Origin: Phyllobacteriaceae bacterium | Lineage (GTDB): Bacteria; Pseudomonadota; Alphaproteobacteria; Rhizobiales; Rhizobiaceae | DNA: 50,413 bases | Reading direction: 5' to 3' | Assembly (NCBI GenBank): GCA_031401375.1 | Contig: JANNRN010000044.1 | Location: 1 to 50,413 of the forward strand | Part shown: positions 48,806 to 50,413 of the stretch, piece after piece | Numbering within the stretch: position 1 is the first letter of the stretch | How the letters are laid out: every line of letters starts with the position of its first letter | The notes under the pieces: generated by a model | Database searches by the model: none | What the model was told of the DNA's origin: nothing | What the model saw: the letters and a program-made list of their open reading frames with translations, nothing else | Position numbers and translations under genes: made by a program

Positions 48806-50413
48806 TGGCCTCTGATCCAATACTCTCGCTCGAACACGTGTCGATGAAATTTGGCGGCCTTATCGCCGTCAACGACCTGTCGTTTGTGGCCGAACGCGGT
48901 GAGATCACAGCGCTGATCGGTCCGAACGGTGCGGGCAAAACCACGGTGTTCAACTGCATTACCGGCTTTTACAAGCCGACCGAAGGCATGATGACGCTGA
49001 AGCGCAAGAATGGCGAGAGCTATCTTCTGGAGCGTATGGCCGATTTCGTCGTGACGAAGAAGGCGAAGGTCGCCCGCACATTCCAGAACATCAGGCTGTT
49101 CTCCGGCATGACCGTTCTGGAAAATCTTTTGGTGGCCCAGCATAATGGTTTGATGAAAGCGTCGGGTTACACCGTTCTTGGCCTGCTCGGCTTTCCGACT
49201 TACAAGAAAGCGGAAAAGGCCTCGATCGAAAAGGCGCGGCGCTGGATTGAAAAAATCGGACTGATCGATCGCGCTGATGACCCGGCCGGTGATCTTCCCT
49301 ATGGTGCGCAGCGCCGGTTGGAAATCGCCCGGGCCATGTGCACGGATCCGGAACTCCTGTGCCTGGATGAACCGGCTGCCGGTCTCAATCCAAAAGAATC
49401 CGCCGAGCTTAACGATCTGCTGCGCGCCATCCGCGACGAGACGGGCACCTCGATCCTTCTCATTGAGCACGACATGTCTGTCGTCATGCAGATTTCCGAT
49501 CACGTCGTGGTGCTCGAATACGGCATCAAGATTTCCGACGGTTCGCCCGCTCACGTGACAAGTGACCCCAAAGTCATTGCGGCCTATCTCGGTGTGGAGG
49601 ATGAAGAGGTTGGTGAAGTGCTGAGTTCGGTCGGCGACGAGGGCGTGCTGAATCGACTCGACGTGGAGCCTGACCGGGCACATGGCCCCGGCGCATCGTC
49701 CTCGATGATGGCCGGACCGATTTCCGATACAATTGGGCACAGCGACAGACGTGGCGAAGTCGTTCGTGTTTCAGCCGGCGCCTCAAATTCGGCGCGGGTC
49801 AAGAGCGCCAAACCGGGCGCCGTTGCCAAGCCAAAGACCGCCGCCAAAGCTGCTCCTTCTACCGTAGTTTCGGCAAAGGCCCCGGCCAAAATTGCTGACA
49901 TCAAACCAGCCGCCAAGGCAACAAAGCCTGCGGCCAAGCCCGCCGCCGCCAAGCCCGCCGTTGCCAAGGCGGTTGCAAAGCCGGCGGCGAAACCCGCATC
50001 CGCCAAAGCCCCGGCGGTGAAGGCTGCTGCAAAACCTGCAGCGCCCGCCAAGGCAACCAAGCCTGCGGCCAAGCCCGCCGCTGCCAAGGCAGTCGCAAAG
50101 ACTGCGGCGAAACCCGTATCCACCAAAGCCCCGGCGGTGAAGGCATCTGCAAAACCTGCGGCGCCCGCCAAGTCTGCGGCCAAGACCGCCGCTGCCAAGG
50201 CGGTTGCAAAGCCGGCGGCGAAAACCACATCCGCAAAGGCCCCGGCAGCTCCTGCAAAACCGGCTGCCAAGGCTGCGGCCAAAACCGCGCCGACCAAAGC
50301 ACCGGTGGTGAAAGCCGCTGCGGCGCCGAAACTTGCCGACGATCTTCTCATCATCAAAGGCATTGGCCCGGTGAACAAGCAGAAGCTCGCTGCGCATGGC
50401 ATCACGACTTTTG
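48805..50413 (+). CDS. livG: LivG-type ABC ATPase fused to an Ala/Lys/Pro-rich repeat tail and a helix-hairpin-helix motif (3' end beyond the window)
   Basis: Not in the ORF track (no stop in the window). The ATG overlaps the livM stop (ATGA). Hand translation: [82 protein letters not shown]. It continues open for another ~270 codons through (K/A/P)-rich repeats to ..LADDLLIIKGIGPVNKQKLAAHGITTF. Confidence 0.85.
   Translation, partial: MASDPILSLEHVSMKFGGLIAVNDLSFVAERGEITALIGPNGAGKTTVFNCITGFYKPTEGMMTLKRKNGESYLLERMADFVVTKKAKVARTFQNIRLFSGMTVLENLLVAQHNGLMKASGYTVLGLLGFPTYKKAEKASIEKARRWIEKIGLIDRADDPAGDLPYGAQRRLEIARAMCTDPELLCLDEPAAGLNPKESAELNDLLRAIRDETGTSILLIEHDMSVVMQISDHVVVLEYGIKISDGSPAHVTSDPKVIAAYLGVEDEEVGEVLSSVGDEGVLNRLDVEPDRAHGPGASSSMMAGPISDTIGHSDRRGEVVRVSAGASNSARVKSAKPGAVAKPKTAAKAAPSTVVSAKAPAKIADIKPAAKATKPAAKPAAAKPAVAKAVAKPAAKPASAKAPAVKAAAKPAAPAKATKPAAKPAAAKAVAKTAAKPVSTKAPAVKASAKPAAPAKSAAKTAAAKAVAKPAAKTTSAKAPAAPAKPAAKAAAKTAPTKAPVVKAAAAPKLADDLLIIKGIGPVNKQKLAAHGITTF
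49915..50270 (+). repeat. in-frame imperfect tandem repeats (135 nt, 120 nt, then a degenerate ~100 nt unit) inside the livG extension
   Basis: Unit 1 (49915-50049) encodes KATKPAAKPAAAKPAVAKAVAKPAAKPASAKAPAVKAAAKPAAPA. Unit 2 (50050-50169) encodes KATKPAAKPAAAKAVAKTAAKPVSTKAPAVKASAKPAAPA. Unit 3 starts at 50170 and is degenerate. Confidence 0.85.

Noticed and set aside
48706-49740. 344-aa minus-strand ORF
   Set aside because: It is antisense to livG, whose Walker A, signature and Walker B motifs are unambiguous.
49584-50405. Three long minus-strand ORFs (273, 204 and 133 aa) rich in Ala/Gly/Phe or Gly/Arg/Cys
   Set aside because: They are artefacts of the reverse complement of the GCC/AAG-rich tandem repeats. 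The plus-strand frame is continuous with livG.

Overview
High-GC (roughly 60%) alphaproteobacterial, Rhizobiales-like chromosomal segment. No tools were run; all calls come from reading the ORF track and the sequence by eye. Left end: nadD-proA-proB-obg, then, about 6 kb further on, two GNAT genes, rpmA-rplU and tRNA-Ser(CGA). Between obg and the GNAT genes lies an accessory stretch: a MarR-cytochrome b561-DUF1772 operon, a DUF3833-like gene, an extensin-like gene, vapBC, and a visibly lower-GC three-gene operon. That operon encodes an ABC/AAA_21-type ATPase, an RloB (TOPRIM-like) protein and a HigA-type antidote HTH with no HigB partner; it is my best candidate for an undescribed defence or TA-like system. 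From 12.6 to 34.3 kb, directly after tRNA-Ser, is a 19-gene Wzx/Wzy-type polysaccharide locus. It holds a priming transferase, 3 glycosyltransferases, 3 SAM methyltransferases, 2 NodB deacetylases, a GNAT, ExoF/Wza-like, PCP, Wzy-like and Wzx genes, and rfbBACD. The right third contains an orphan amino-acid binding protein and a signal-peptide-less pair of cell-wall-type hydrolases (Cys-His papain-like protein plus PG-binding M15 peptidase). It continues with an FAD oxidoreductase, LysR and mmsA separated by a perfect 54-bp inverted-repeat element, an Xre-RES toxin-antitoxin pair, and a GntR-controlled hydroxyproline catabolic operon. It ends with livH-livM-livG, where LivG carries an unusual extension of at least 280 aa: an Ala/Lys/Pro-rich tandem-repeat tail ending in a helix-hairpin-helix motif, running off the window. 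I recognised no rRNA, CRISPR array, transposase or integrase.
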